The notes beneath the pieces are model-generated. The model saw nothing but the letters and a program-made list of their open reading frames with translations, was not told the DNA's origin and made no database searches. 64,000 nt of DNA from the NCBI GenBank assembly GCA_964247055.1, contig OZ176050.1:3534001-3598000 (forward strand), in the 5' to 3' direction. Below, piece by piece: positions 50,870-63,760 of the stretch. How positions within the stretch are numbered: position 1 is the first letter of the stretch; the number at the start of each line of letters is the position of its first letter. The position numbers and the translations under genes are program-made. The stretch is from Paragordius varius (lineage: Eukaryota; Animalia; Nematomorpha).

Positions 50870-52010
50870 AAAAATACATTAATGATTTTCGCTTATTTTG
50901 ATATTAATTTATTTTCTTTAGATTTAATTTTTATTTTTTATCCAATTTGAAGTTTAGAATAATTTCCCTAAATTTTGGCACGCGTTGTTTCTGTATTCTA
51001 TTTTCTTCGAAATTTTTATTGCATTCCTTTTTTGTATATAAGCAATCCTTTCACCCAAACTTGCATATACATATTCTTTTCATGCTATCCTGCATCATTT
51101 TCTACTCATTCCCATAAAATATTTTTCAAATCAACATCATTCGACCTGTCTTTTTATAGCATAATTTAAATTTTATTCCTATTTTCTGAAAAAATTTACA
51201 TAATATTAAAAAAATTCAAAGGATGACATCTAATGCTAAAAAACGTAAATTATCCGATGAAAATCGTTAGAAAGAATGGTAAGAAAAATTTGTCTTTTTA
51301 GATAAAAATGCTTGCCTTATATGTAAGGACACATAGTTATAAGAAAATACAATATTGAAAGACATTTTAAAAACCATCATCAAAATTATCAGAAAATTAT
51401 AAGGCAAGACACGATAGATATAAGATTAAGGAATTATATGGAAAGTAAATCTTTGTCCATAGCTTTCCAGGAAAAAGCTGTAACATTAGCTTCGTATGAA
51501 ATTTGCTATATTTTAGGAAATATGAAATCGTTTACATATTCCCAATAAGAAAAGAATATCTAATAAATGGTTGCATATTTGATAAATTTTATAATAAAGA
51601 TCAAATCATGAGGCTTAAAAAACTTCAACTTTCTGATTCAGGATGTGCTCCACGCATTGAAGATATAAATATATTTTTAACATACATTATGGCTCTGAAA
51701 AACAGCAAATATTTTAGTATTGCTATTGATTCTGCCACTGATATTAGTTCAACCCCTCAATGTGCGCTCTTCGTGAGATTTTGAAACGTCAACATAATCA
51801 ACGAGGAATATTTAAAATTTTTACTAATAAATAATACCAAGAAAGGAAGTGATTTTCTCGAAATAATTAACACATTTTTCGATAATATTAGTATATCTAT
51901 GAAAAAATTCGTTTCGATCGATGGCTGTCCCACTATGATTGGAATGAACAAAGGTTTATTCCTCCTTTGAAAAACAAATATAATTTGCAAAATATTTTAT
52001 CCTTTCACTG
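50870..52010 (+). pseudogene. Truncated second copy of the Buster-type hAT transposase 5' half
   Basis: Reverse-complement match to ~16385-17580. Peptides MRLKKLQLSDSGCAPRIED..AIDSATDISSTPQCALFVRF and KGSDFLEIINTFFDN, broken by stops and frameshifts. No TIRs seen. Confidence 0.85.
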
Positions 52011-52589
52011 AATAAACCTCTTAATATAAACGCAAAAATGCCGAATTTGTGCGATTTAAAAAAATATTTAAGCAAGATTTTGTTGAAGTGTACTTCCAAC
52101 TATTTTGAGGCATGATGAAACCGGTTTAAAAATGCTTTAATATACTATAAAAAATACTTTTTATTTCGATTATGCCGAACATTATCGTTTAAAGATTTAA
52201 TGTTGTCTTCCTAAATATTTAGATGATAACAAAAATTAGCATTTAATTAAAATTATATGGCGCAATCCCGGCATTTTTGTATTTATATTAAAAAATTTAG
52301 CACATTTTAGGAAAGAAAAAATTGGGACTTTCACACCCATCTAAAAATTTAATTTATTTAAAAATATTGTTGTAGGTTAAATATAGTGATACTTTATAAA
52401 ATAAAGCCGCTTTTCACCAAAAAATGAAAAAAATGTGCAAATTTCGCCATTTTCTGATATGGAGACTTACGATATAACATTTTCAGTTATAAGGGCCAAA
52501 ACCTAAAGCACCATGATAATTATGATACCTCATCAGAATATATATTGTTTATCATATTATTTTGAACAAGTATAATATATATATATAAA

Positions 52590-53734
52590 CTGTGTGCAAA
52601 AAAATTTTAAACAAAATAATTTTTCTTCCATAACAATGTTTATTTGTTTATGATATACTTTTTAACATAATGAGAGAAAATTGCAATCGGGCAAAAAGTG
52701 GAAATTAAGGATAATCTAAAAAATAATAATAATAAGATATTATGGTTTGTTATCATTTTAGGAGATATTTACAATGTATAAAAAGCCTAAAATCATATAA
52801 TTGGGGTTTCTAAACAATTTCAGTTCATAAGATGTCGCTTTTCATTTAACACACTTAAAAGACAAACACTAGCAAATCTCAACATTCATATTTTATTCAT
52901 TAAAAAAGCTTATATTTCAAATTATAACTAAAAAATGTTGTTTTTATTTTTTTAGTTATATGTTTCCTCGGTTTATGACGGTATGAAAAAATAACTGTTT
53001 TATTTTGGGATTTCACATGAGGAGAAATTATAAAGTCTATCAACTAATTCATAATATTAATTCACAAGCAATGGAAAATCCACCAAAATGCTTAGAAATT
53101 CCAATAAAAATTTTAATTTATCTTGAAGTCTTGAAAAAGATTTGTTACAGGGAATTGTAAGAATTTTGTTTGATATTCCACTTAAACCTCATTTTACAAT
53201 TAACCTTATAATCACTCATGTAAGATTCCTAAATAAAACCATATAATTTTATACAACCAGATGACAAAAATAAAAAAATAAAAAAACAATATTTTTAGGT
53301 TTATTTTAATACATAAATTTTTTTACTGAATAAAATATCAATGTTAAGATTTTAATAGTCAGTTTAGCTAGTAATAATTAAAAAAATTATTTTAATATAG
53401 TTTTATAGAAAATTTTTTGTCTTTTAAGTGTTTTTATAGGAAAACGCTATCTTTTGACCTGAGGTTTTATAAAACCCTAACTGTATGATTTTAGGCTATT
53501 TATATTTTGTATCTCATAGATGGATAATAAACCATAATATCTTAAATTTTCATTATTTTTTGAAGTATCTTAATTATCCTTAATTTTCATCCGATTTTGA
53601 ATTTCTATTTATGTTTCCAAAACTAGGTCGTCAACAATTAAAAATTTTTGCGGCAAATGAATTCGCTAGTCATAAGCTATCTCATAAAAAAAAAATTTTT
53701 TTGGTAAGAAAATAACCCCTCTTTTTGCCGACAG
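52590..53734. mobile_element. TA-flanked MITE with ~450-bp diverged inverted arms (family X); mirror copy at 55129-56229
   Basis: Ends CTGTGTGCAAAAA / TTTTTGCCGACAG sit next to (TA)n tracts; ~52780-52870 is inverted at ~53410-53505. Confidence 0.6.
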
Positions 53735-53915
53735 TATATTTATATATATTATTATATTCATATATTTTAAACAAGAAATCGACGTTCTATTGTATAGTGT
53801 AATGCGTCATGTTTAAGATTGGTATTAACAATCAAAATTATCGTGACAAAAATATTATTTTCTTACATAATGTTGTGTTTTTCAATAATACGATACACGC
53901 ATACATTGATCAATA

Positions 53916-54926
53916 ATGAGTTATATAATTTGTCAAACTTGCCACAAACCCCACAACCTATGTTGTACTTGTTTAGTACCATTTATCATGGATGAAAAAG
54001 ATCCAAATCCTCCAACTTTCAATTTCCCGCCACAAAATGTTACACCACCTATCCAACTATTGCACCGAATACACCCCAACCTTACTCAACCACCGTCAAC
54101 TTATTCACAACTAGCAACTATCAAAATATAATTAGTACAGTTAACAATGCATCCTAAAACTATCTATTATCGAAATCATCTTTACTTGTATCATTAATTA
54201 AGGCGGCTTTATCAGTCTCTAGTGATTGTGTCTCATTAGGATTAATATTAGCTTCAAATTGCGGATTATTTTGTGTTTCGTTTTCATGGGATATAACATC
54301 CTTTTCATTCACGGCTTCAGTTTTAGAATCTAAAAGATTCTCTATGTCAGCGCTAATGTCATCAATAGCATCACCTATTCAACTATTTTCAACGAATACA
54401 CCCCAACCTTCAACCGCCGCCAACTTCTCTCCAACTAGCAAATATCAAAATATAATTAGTACAGTTAACAATGCATCACCAAAAACTATCGATGCATAGA
54501 GAATCTTTTAGATTCAAAAACTGAAGCCGTGAATGAAAAGGATGTTATATCTCATGAAAACGAAACACAAAATAATCCGCAATTTGAAGCTAATATTAAT
54601 CCTAATGAGACACAATTACAAAAGACTCCTAAATCCGCCCTAATTAATGATATAAGTAAAGATGATTTCGATAATAGATAGTTTTAGGATGCATTGTTAA
54701 CTGTACTAATTATATTTTGATAGTTGCTAGTTGTGGATAAGTTGGCGGTGGTTGAGTAAGGTTGGGGTGTATTCAGTGCAAATAGTTGGATAGGTGGTGT
54801 AACATTTTGTGGCGGGAAATTGAAAGTTTGAGGATTTGGATCTTTTTCATCCATGATAAATGGTACTAAACAGGTACTACATTGGTTGTGGGGTTTGTGG
54901 CAAGTTTGACAAATTATATAACTCAT
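53916..54926. pseudogene. Two mirrored, rearranged copies of an unknown ~150-aa ORF (Cys/His cluster, Pro/Thr linker, acidic tail)
   Basis: N-half MSYIICQTCHKPHN.C.TCLVPF..PPQNVTPP at 53916 (+) and 54926 (-). C-half D(D)ISADIENLLDSKTEAVNE...DDFDNR* is open on minus 54372-54160 and on plus ~54495-54681. Confidence 0.55.
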
Positions 54927-55097
54927 TATTGATTAATGTATGCGTGTACGATTTATCGTAATATTAAAAAACACAACATTATGTAAGAAAATAATATTTT
55001 TATGTGACGATAATTTTGATTGTTAATACCAATCTTAAACAAGACGCATTACACTATATAATAAAACGTCGATTTCTTGTTTAAAAAATATGAAATT

Positions 55098-55128
<31 letters not shown>

Positions 55129-57044
55129 CTGTGTGCAAAAAGAGGGTCACTTTTTTTAATAGATACTTAAAATCGGGCAAAAAGTGAAAATTAAGGGTAA
55201 ATAAGATAATTCAAAATATAATAATAAGATATTATGGTTTATAATCCATCTATGAGATATTTTCAATATATAAATAGCCTAAGATCATACAGATAAGGTT
55301 TTTTAAAACCGCTCAAAAGATGGCTTTTTTCTTTTAAAACACTTAAAGACAAAAAAATTTTATGAAACTCTATTAAAATAATTTTTTTTAATTATTCTAG
55401 ATATGACTATTAAAATAACATTTATATTTTATTCAGTAAAAAAAATCATATATTTAAATAAAACCAATAAATATTGTTTTTTATTTTTTAACTTTTTGTC
55501 ATCTGGTTTATAAGTCTATAAATTTATACTGTTTAATTTTGGAATCCTACATGAATGGAAATTATATGGTATATAATTTATATAAAATGGGATTTAAAAG
55601 TAGTGCAATATCAACCAAAATTCTTATAATTCCCCGTAACTAGTCTGTTTCAAGACAAATGAATATTTTTATTAGAATCTGTACGGATTTTGGTTGATTT
55701 TCCACTACTTGTGAATTAATATTTTGAATTAGTTGATATACTTTATATTACCCCTCATGTGAAATTCTAAACCGAGAAACAAAAAAATGAAAATTAAAAA
55801 ACAACATTTTTGAGTTTCAATTAGATATATAAGTTGTTTGTTGAATAAAATATGAATGTTAGGATTTGATAGTGAGTTTAGGTAGTAAATAATTCAAAAA
55901 AATATATTATAGTATAAAAAACTTTTTGTCGAGGTGTGTTAAATGAGAAACGCCATCTTATGAACTGAAATTTTTTAGCCCTAACTATATGATTTTAGGC
56001 TATTTATATATAATAAAATATCTCCTAAAATGACAACAGACCATAATATATTAACTTTTATTATTATTTTTAGATTATCCTTAATTTTCACTTTTTGCCC
56101 GATTATTTTCTCTCATTATGTTAAAAACTATATCATAAACAAATAAAAATTTTTACGGCAAATGAGTTCGCTGGTCATAAGCTATCTCATGAAGAAAATT
56201 TATTTTGTTTAAAATTTTTTTGTACAGAGTTTATATATATATATATTATACTTGTTCAAAATAATAACCTGATATACTATATATGTTCTAATGAGGTATC
56301 AGGATTATCATAATGCTTTTGGTTTTATCCCTTATAACTGATAATTATATGGAAAGTACTCCATATCAGAAAATGGCAAAATTTGCCCACATTTTAATTT
56401 TTGGTGAAAGCTAAAGGCTTTATTCCATAAAATATCACTATATATCATAACCTACAACAATATTTTTAAATAAATAAAAAATTTTAAATGGAGGCTTTGA
56501 AAATTTTTTTGCTTTTCTTAAATGTGCTAAACCTTTTAATACAAATCCAAAAATACCGGGATTGCGCGATTTTTATTTTTATGCTAATTAATATCAACTA
56601 TTTTTTTTTAAAAAAGTATACTTTTTAAAAAAAATAATTATTAGCAAAATTTTGTGTTTTAAACTATTTTGAGGCAAACAGTATAAAAATTTTAATATTA
56701 TAAAATCACCTTCTCTATATAATTCGATGGTGTTAATATATCACTTCAGAAATTTGATTAAAATATTCATTCGTCTTCAAATTTACGTTAAATAAAATTG
56801 TTTTACAAAATGCACCAAAATATTTAGAAGACGAACATTTAAATTTAAATTCTAAAGCGATAAAAATGTTCAGCATCATTGAAAGAAAAAGTGTTTTTTA
56901 GAGTATAGTAAAACGTTATTAAACCATTTTTATCATGCCTCAAAATAGTTGAAAGTACACTTCAACAAAATTTTGCATAAGTAGGCATTTTTTAAAAAAA
57001 TAAGTTGATATCGAAATTAGCATATATTTAAAATTGTGGTAAAT

Positions 57045-59180
57045 ATAAGAACCAAATCGCTCACATAATATGTCCACAAAAATGGAAAAACTCTGTACTC
57101 GATACAAAAACAAGCAAAAGCGATTGCTCTAACGATCATGAGCTTTTAGTAACCAAAATTAAACTTAAAATAATTAAAAATAAGGTTAAACAGACCTACA
57201 GATATGACACTCGGAACATTCCAAACTTTTAGAACAGAAACTAAAGATAGATTAGAAAGATTGGACAATGAATGTAACTCAGAACAATTATGTGATATTA
57301 ATGAAGTGGCAAAAGAAAAAGTGCACAGGGTAAAGAGGAAAGATAATAAATGAAGAAAAGAGTTTAGAGATAGCAGAAAAGTGGAGAAAGCTAAATCTAG
57401 ATGGGATAATAAAATAGTTAAATCATATAACAAATAATTTCAACGACAAACAAGGAAGGATTTTGAGGATCTAAATAAACAATGTCTGGAGGTGGAATTA
57501 AATAATGCAACCAATGTTCCAGAAACTGAAGCAAATGACTCACAAACCTTATATATCATCCCAAAAGATTAAAAAAGAAAATGGCACCATATTGTGCAAA
57601 CAAAAAGAAATACGAGAAAGATGGAAGGAAAACACCCAAAAACTCTATCAAGCCCCTCAAGCAAAAGTGTTGCAATTAAAAGAGGAAGAACGTGATCCAG
57701 ATATACTAAGAGATGAGGTTGAATTAGCCTTAAAACAAATTCCTAACAACAAAGCGATGGGATTAGATATTATCCCAATAGAGTTCATAAAAGCTATTCC
57801 TGTAGAAACGTTACACAAGTTATGTCGAAAGGTGTTGGATAGTGGCCAAACGACTGGATATCATCTGTATATCTCCCAATATACAAAAAAGGTGATGTAT
57901 TTCAGTGCGAAAACTACTGAAACATAGCTCTTATTAGCCACACTAGTAAAGTCTTGCTAAAAATAATACAAAAAAGGATGCACAGTATTATACAGTCAGA
58001 AATACCAGAAAATCAAGCCGGATTTATGAAGGGAAAAGCACAAGAGACCATATATCAAACATGAGAAGAATAATAAACATATAGAGAGTTTCAGAAAGAA
58101 TTATACATGTGTTTTATTGATTACAGACAATCCTTTTTTGATTAATTATATGACTCCTTGTGGGAAACATTAAAGTTAGTAGGGGTATCGTCCCACTTAA
58201 TAAGATTGATTAGCTCTCTCTATGTAAAACAAAGAGCGATTATTAGAACATCAGCGGGGGACGCAGACGAAATACCTATCTTGAAAGGAGTCATACAAGG
58301 GTGTTGCTTATCCCCTTATCTGTTCAATATGTGCACAGAAATGATAATGAGGAAAGATAGTAAAAATATTGGAGTAAGAATAGGAGGGAGAACAATCAAT
58401 AATTTAAGGTTTGCAGACGATACCACTCTTATAGCTGAAACTGTAAATGATTTGAAGGAATTGATCGAAAAGATTCGAAAGGAAAGTTTGAGTTATGGTC
58501 TTATGCTTAACCCTAACAAAACCAACATATTATGTACTGGAGAAAAGCCTACAATTATTATAGAGGGAGTGGAAATAGAAATAGTTAAACAGTTAACATT
58601 TTTGGGCGCAGTAATTTCAGAGGATGGGTCTTCAACTCCTGACATCAGAAAGAGAATAGGATTGGGTAAATAAGCGATGACCATACTAATAAAGATTTGA
58701 AAAAACAAAAGCGTAGGAGTTGAAACCAAAAAAAGATTACTCTACTGTTTCGTTCTCCCGGTCACCACATATGGATGTGAGTGCTGGACTCTCAGAAAAA
58801 GAGACAAAAAAAGGCTCGTGGCTTTCGAAAGGAGCTGCTGCGCAGGATGCTAGGATACACCTGGAAGGATAAAATTAAGAATGGATTAACTACAGAAATG
58901 AAGCTTAAACAAACATCCTGGAGATAATACTAAAAAAAGTTAACATATTTTGGTCATGTCATGCGATCGAATTCTCTAAAGAAAGAATGTTTGGGAAGGT
59001 GGAAGGACAAAATAAACGAGGCTGACCACCGACGAAGTGGTTGGATATGATAAAAGAGGAGACTAAAATCACATTAAACGATCTCAATCTAGCGGCAAAA
59101 GATAGAAGAAAGTGGAAAGAAATAGTGAAAACTATATATAAAAAGTCATTTACGACTTAGCAATAACCAACCACCCAACA
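57045..59180 (+). mobile_element. 5'-truncated, decayed RTE-type LINE (end of the endonuclease plus the reverse transcriptase)
   Basis: DHELLVTKIKLKI; KA.GLD.IP.EFIKA; QAGF.KG; FIDY; G..QGCCLSPYLFN; LRFADDTTL; YGCECWTL; YFGHVMR; 3' short (CAAC)-like repeats at ~59165. Many stops and frameshifts. Confidence 0.92.
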
Positions 59181-59189
59181 AAATTTTTA

Positions 59190-59497
59190 TCGCACAATCC
59201 AAGCATTTTTGCGTTTATATTCAGAGTTTTAGCGCATTTAAGATCAAAAAAACTGAGACTTTCAGAGCCCACATCTAAAAAATTTTTTATAAAATGTTAT
59301 TTTGCTTTTCATATTTAGTTTCTCATATATTTTAGTTATATTTTATGCAATGAAGCCTCCAGCTTTCACCAAAATTTTTTTTTTAAAAAAATGCGCAGTT
59401 TGCCATTTTTATGGAGCACTTACCACATAACTTTCTTAAATCACTCAAAAGAGCCAAAAAAGCACCATAATAAACCTAATACATTTTCTTTTCAGAA
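59190..59497. mobile_element. Family Y MITE arm
   Basis: GAGACTTTCAGAGCCCACATCTAAAA...GCTTTCACCAAAA...TTCAGAA|TATATA matches 5170-5414. Confidence 0.6.
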
Positions 59498-59898
59498 TAT
59501 ATATATATATATATATATATATATTTCATCAGGTTCTTTATGCTCACCATTGGAGCAGTGCGTAAATGCCCTTTTTAATACGCAAATAATTTGGTGTAAT
59601 GTGATTTTGCTTTTTGCGCTACTCACCTATTCTCTCCCAAAGTTCTAAATTGTTCGCGTTTTTTTTCTATATACCGATATATAAATTGTCAAATATTGAA
59701 AAATATATACATTAAATTTTTAAATTTTATACGGATAATTATTATAAGAGTTGTGAGAACTATCGTTCCTCTTGAGTTTACCATCAACTTTTGAATGTAT
59801 CGAATCAAATTAATTTGACGGAGTTTTTATGAGCATATATTAACATTCATATGCCTTTGGCAACTAAACGAAAATATATTTCAAAAACCACAAACAAT

Positions 59899-60495
59899 CC
59901 ATATATACCATTTGCACTTCAAGAGTGTCCTTGAACACTTCAAGTTGGTCCTTGAACAATTCAAGTTGGTCCTTGAACAGTTCAAGTTGGTCCTTGAACA
60001 CTTCAAGTTGGTCCTTTGACTTTTTTGTTTTGTTTATAACTTTTATCAATCAAATCGTAAATAATTCATCTATTTTATTGTTTTTACCTATTTTCTATTA
60101 TTTAACAAATCGATATCAACTTTTAATCTTTTAGAAACCGTATATCTTTATTAATTTCTTAAAACAATTTTGGATATTTATAAGATTTTAACACGAAATA
60201 AAAAATATATAAGTTTTTTGGGTTATTAATTAAAATTTTTCATAAAAACATTTAAAAGTCAATTATTTTGTTTGATTAAAAAAAATAGTTTGAAACAAAA
60301 AAGTGGTTTTTAAATAAAATTTTTTATTTTAAATGAATAAATATATAATAAATAAAGATAATTAGGTTAATAAATAATAAAAAAAGCAAAAATTATGGTT
60401 AAATTAAAATTTATAAATTTTAAGGACCAACTTGAAGTGTTCAAGGACCAACTTGAAATGGTCAAGGACACTCTTGAAGTGCAAATGGTATATTT
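59899..60495. mobile_element. Family Z foldback element, uninterrupted copy
   Basis: TACCATTTGCAC+(21-bp units)x~4 at the left end; inverted units plus GTGCAAATGGTA at the right end. Confidence 0.8.
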
Positions 60496-60504
60496 GTTGT
60501 TATA

Positions 60505-60900
60505 AAAAAGCATTGGAGTATAAACTCAAAGCTACAATTGACTGGGCCCTAATAAATAAATCCATTGAAGAGGATCTCATAGAACCTATATTGCCTCGAT
60601 ATGACAATACAACCATAATGGTATGTTCGCAAATAGGAGAAACAGAACCTTTTCAAAAATACTCCCCTATACCAAAGGTTAGTTCATTATTACTGTAAAT
60701 ATTAGAAAGTATCTCACTACCAAACCGATATGGAAGATTTTTGCTGACGGCATCGCTTTAATCAACACCTCCCTAAAAAATGACAAATAAATTACTTAAA
60801 AGAACTAGCTCGAGAAACAAGGATGATAAATAGCAATAAAAGTGACCGTAAACACCGTCTTATCTATGCGCCGTGGGCAAAAAAAGCCAACAAATTCAAA
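60505..60900 (+). mobile_element. Decayed LINE reverse transcriptase fragment
   Basis: ALINKSIEEDLIE.IL..YDNTTIMV.SQIGETEPF followed, after a frameshift, by WKIFADGIALI, a degenerate (Y/F)ADD motif. Confidence 0.55.
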
Positions 60901-61899
60901 CCCAAACAAGTATAAAACATGTGACAATCGACGTAAATTCAATAGTATTTACCATTTTACCTAAATAGGGGACGTCCTACACTCCATAGGTGATATCACA
61001 GATAATAAAATGAGTATAAAAAGCGAAAGGAAAAGTTAACTTCCAATTATTTTCATCAAAATTAAAATGTAAACAGTAATAAATGGCTAACATACATAGC
61101 AGGAGTCAGGCCACCTGCTTAAACCATGGCCCCCCAAACAAAACAAACATTAAAATGATTAATACTGAAAAATACTAAAGGCTTGCTTTTCTGACAACAA
61201 TGTCACAAATTAATACTAATATGACACAGTAGAAATTTGATACAAAAGAGCACACTCAAATATTTGGGCCAAGTCGGCGGCAACCCGATAAACCACTCCA
61301 AACCATTGGACATATCTAACCCTTTGAAAACAACCGCAAAGGGCCTGCTAGTTATATTTTTAGGTGTAGGCTTCGAAAGTCCGAAATTTTTCTGCCCTTC
61401 TAAAAGGGGCCACTAAAATAAAAGTAAAAATGTTGAGATAGCGCAATAAATATAATATTAGCTAATTTGACACCAAAACACTTTTTTCCAATAATATGGA
61501 TATTCTGCGTAAATTTTATTTAAAGAAAAATTTTGTTGAAGGGTACATACTATTTCTAAGTATGATGAAAACGGTATAGAAACGCCAGATACCTAATTCG
61601 TAAAAGCTGAATTCTATAATTTCAGAATTTTGATTAAAATCTTCATTCGCTTATAACTTATGTTAATTGTTTTTCATCTAAAGCAAGTAAGGGAAAATCG
61701 GACATATTTAAAAGATTTTATAAGTCTCGAGGTGTAATTGTATTACACATAAAATATAATTTTATAAGTAAGTCATTAAATGATTGCCCAATATTATTGT
61801 TGAAAATTACTCATAAATGCAATAATTGTCAAAATAATCTTTTTAGTATGTTTAAATGATAAAAATCATTTTTATATCATGTTTTGATATTTATCTTTA

Positions 61900-62012
61900 T
61901 GGTTGGAAAAATGTTTTCATTGACTTGGAAAATGTTTCGATTGTTTAGTAAAAAGTTTCAAATGACAAGAAAAAAGTTTCTATTGACTAGGAAAATGTCA
62001 TTTTTTGACTGG
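61900..62012. repeat. Degenerate ~21-bp minisatellite
   Basis: About five variants of TTGAC(T/A)(T/A)GGAAAA(A)TGTTTC. Confidence 0.5.
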
Positions 62013-62459
62013 GAAATAGTACATTAACTAAGGTTTCAATTACAAACAGAACCTAAATCATATACATAAAGTGCTCCTTGAGTTACGTTTGCAAAATCTT
62101 CAAGTTTTACTTGATTATTTTTTATAACCTCCAAATCAAATTTTCTCGAATGTACAAAACTCGATAATAGGGAATGTTTCTTATTTTAATCTAAAATTAA
62201 TTTTAAATACCTGCTAAGAATATATTTAAACCTTAATATTAATGAATATTTCAATGTTTTGTTCCTAGTAGACGCAAACCATATTAGAATTTGAAATTGA
62301 AGTAGAAGAAAAAACATACCTTTACATATTTATTTTTGTATTTCAATCCGAAAGCTTATAGTAAACAAACTATTGTTTGGAAAATAAAAAAGCTTTAAGG
62401 CTATTATTATTTTAGAGGCCTATTTTCGGACTATGTAGGGCTAAATTGAAATAGGACTT

Positions 62460-62522
62460 AATCACTATCGGAACATTAATAAACTACACTGAATCACTAT
62501 CGGAACATTAATAAACTACACT
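62460..62522. repeat. 32-bp tandem duplication
   Basis: AATCACTATCGGAACATTAATAAACTACACT(G) twice. Confidence 0.9.
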
Positions 62523-62619
62523 ATTGAAACTGACTGTATCAACATGTTTTCCCGATTCTTAAATCAAAGCCGAAATTTAATCAAATTATTTTTTCATGGG
62601 CGGGGTGGAACTCAGAAGT

Positions 62620-63760
62620 TAATTCAAAAAAGGGGCTTAGTAATTGTCCGCAAAATTGTAAAACAATTAAAAAAAATTATTGAGATTGCGCCTATACGTT
62701 TTCAAAAATATGCTTTAAAACCAATATTTGTTTAAATAACACCATTTTTACGGATGGGGCTGGAGTGAGGGTCGAATTCTGAAAAATTGTTTACTCATCC
62801 TCGGTGCAATTGCAAAACAATTTAAAAAGTACGCTATTGAATTTGCATTGTCCTACACGCTTTCTAAAAAAATGCATTAACCTCAATATTATCTTAAAGC
62901 CCTTTTTTCCCATAAGTGAGGGTAAAATGATAACTTAAAAAATGGAGTTAGTCGCTTTTGGCGCAATTTTAAAACAATAAAAGAAATCTCTATTGAAAAT
63001 GACTGTGCTTACACATTTTTCAGTAAAACCAAAAATTGTTTAAAAAATTTTAACATGGACGATGCGAAATAGGGCTAATTTTAAAAAAGGGCTTAGTCAC
63101 CCTCATCGCATCAAAACATTATAAAATATTTACAATTTAAACTGCTGAGCCTACACGTTTTTTGAGTTCTTCAAAACGAATATTTATTCAAAAAGATCAT
63201 TTTTATACGGGAGGGGTTAGACTGAGGGGCAAATAAAAAAATGGCTCCCCCCTCGGCGTAATTGCTAACCAATTTAAAAAGTACACTGTTATTTCATGGA
63301 CTTGCACTTTTTCCAAAAATTGTTTCAACGTCTATATTACCTTAAAGCCCCTATTGGGGGCTAAATTGAGAGGCTGATTCGAAAAAAAGAGTTAAGTCAC
63401 CTTCGGCGCAATTCTAAAATAATAAATATAGCTTTATTGAAACAGCTGTGTCCACACCTTTTTGGTTAGCGCCTGCAAAGTAAATGGTTCTTAAACCATT
63501 TTTTTATAAGTGTGGGAAACTGAGGGCCTAATTTGAAAAAAGGGGCTTAATACTCTGCCACTATTAAAACTGAATGGGCCAACAAGTTTCCCGTGAACGC
63601 CTGCAAACTTAAACTTTAGGGAGTTTCATTTTTTCAAAAAACTCGTTTTTTTACCCGGTGTAAGGCAAAACTCAGGGCCTAAAAGAATGGACTTGGTCAC
63701 TCTCAGCGTATTATTAAATGATTAAATGCTTTCTTGGGAATCGGAATGGGGTTTTCCGTT
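62620..63760. repeat. Degenerate ~150-bp tandem satellite, ~7-8 units
   Basis: (T)GAGGG-like anchor at ~62767, 62918, 63072, 63223, 63368, 63521 and 63672; CTCGGCGCAATT-like anchor at ~62800, 62958, 63102, 63252, 63402, 63553 and 63702. Confidence 0.75.

Larger units (their letters stand above)
52060..56990. repeat. ~4.9-kb imperfect palindrome (arms ~52060-54346 and 54495-~56990, 148-bp spacer)
   Basis: Arms match in reverse complement throughout. Two segments compared by eye gave 47/50 near the centre (~53781-53830 vs ~55021-55070) and ~87% near the outer ends. Mirrored ORFs at 53916 (+) and 54926 (-). Confidence 0.93.
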
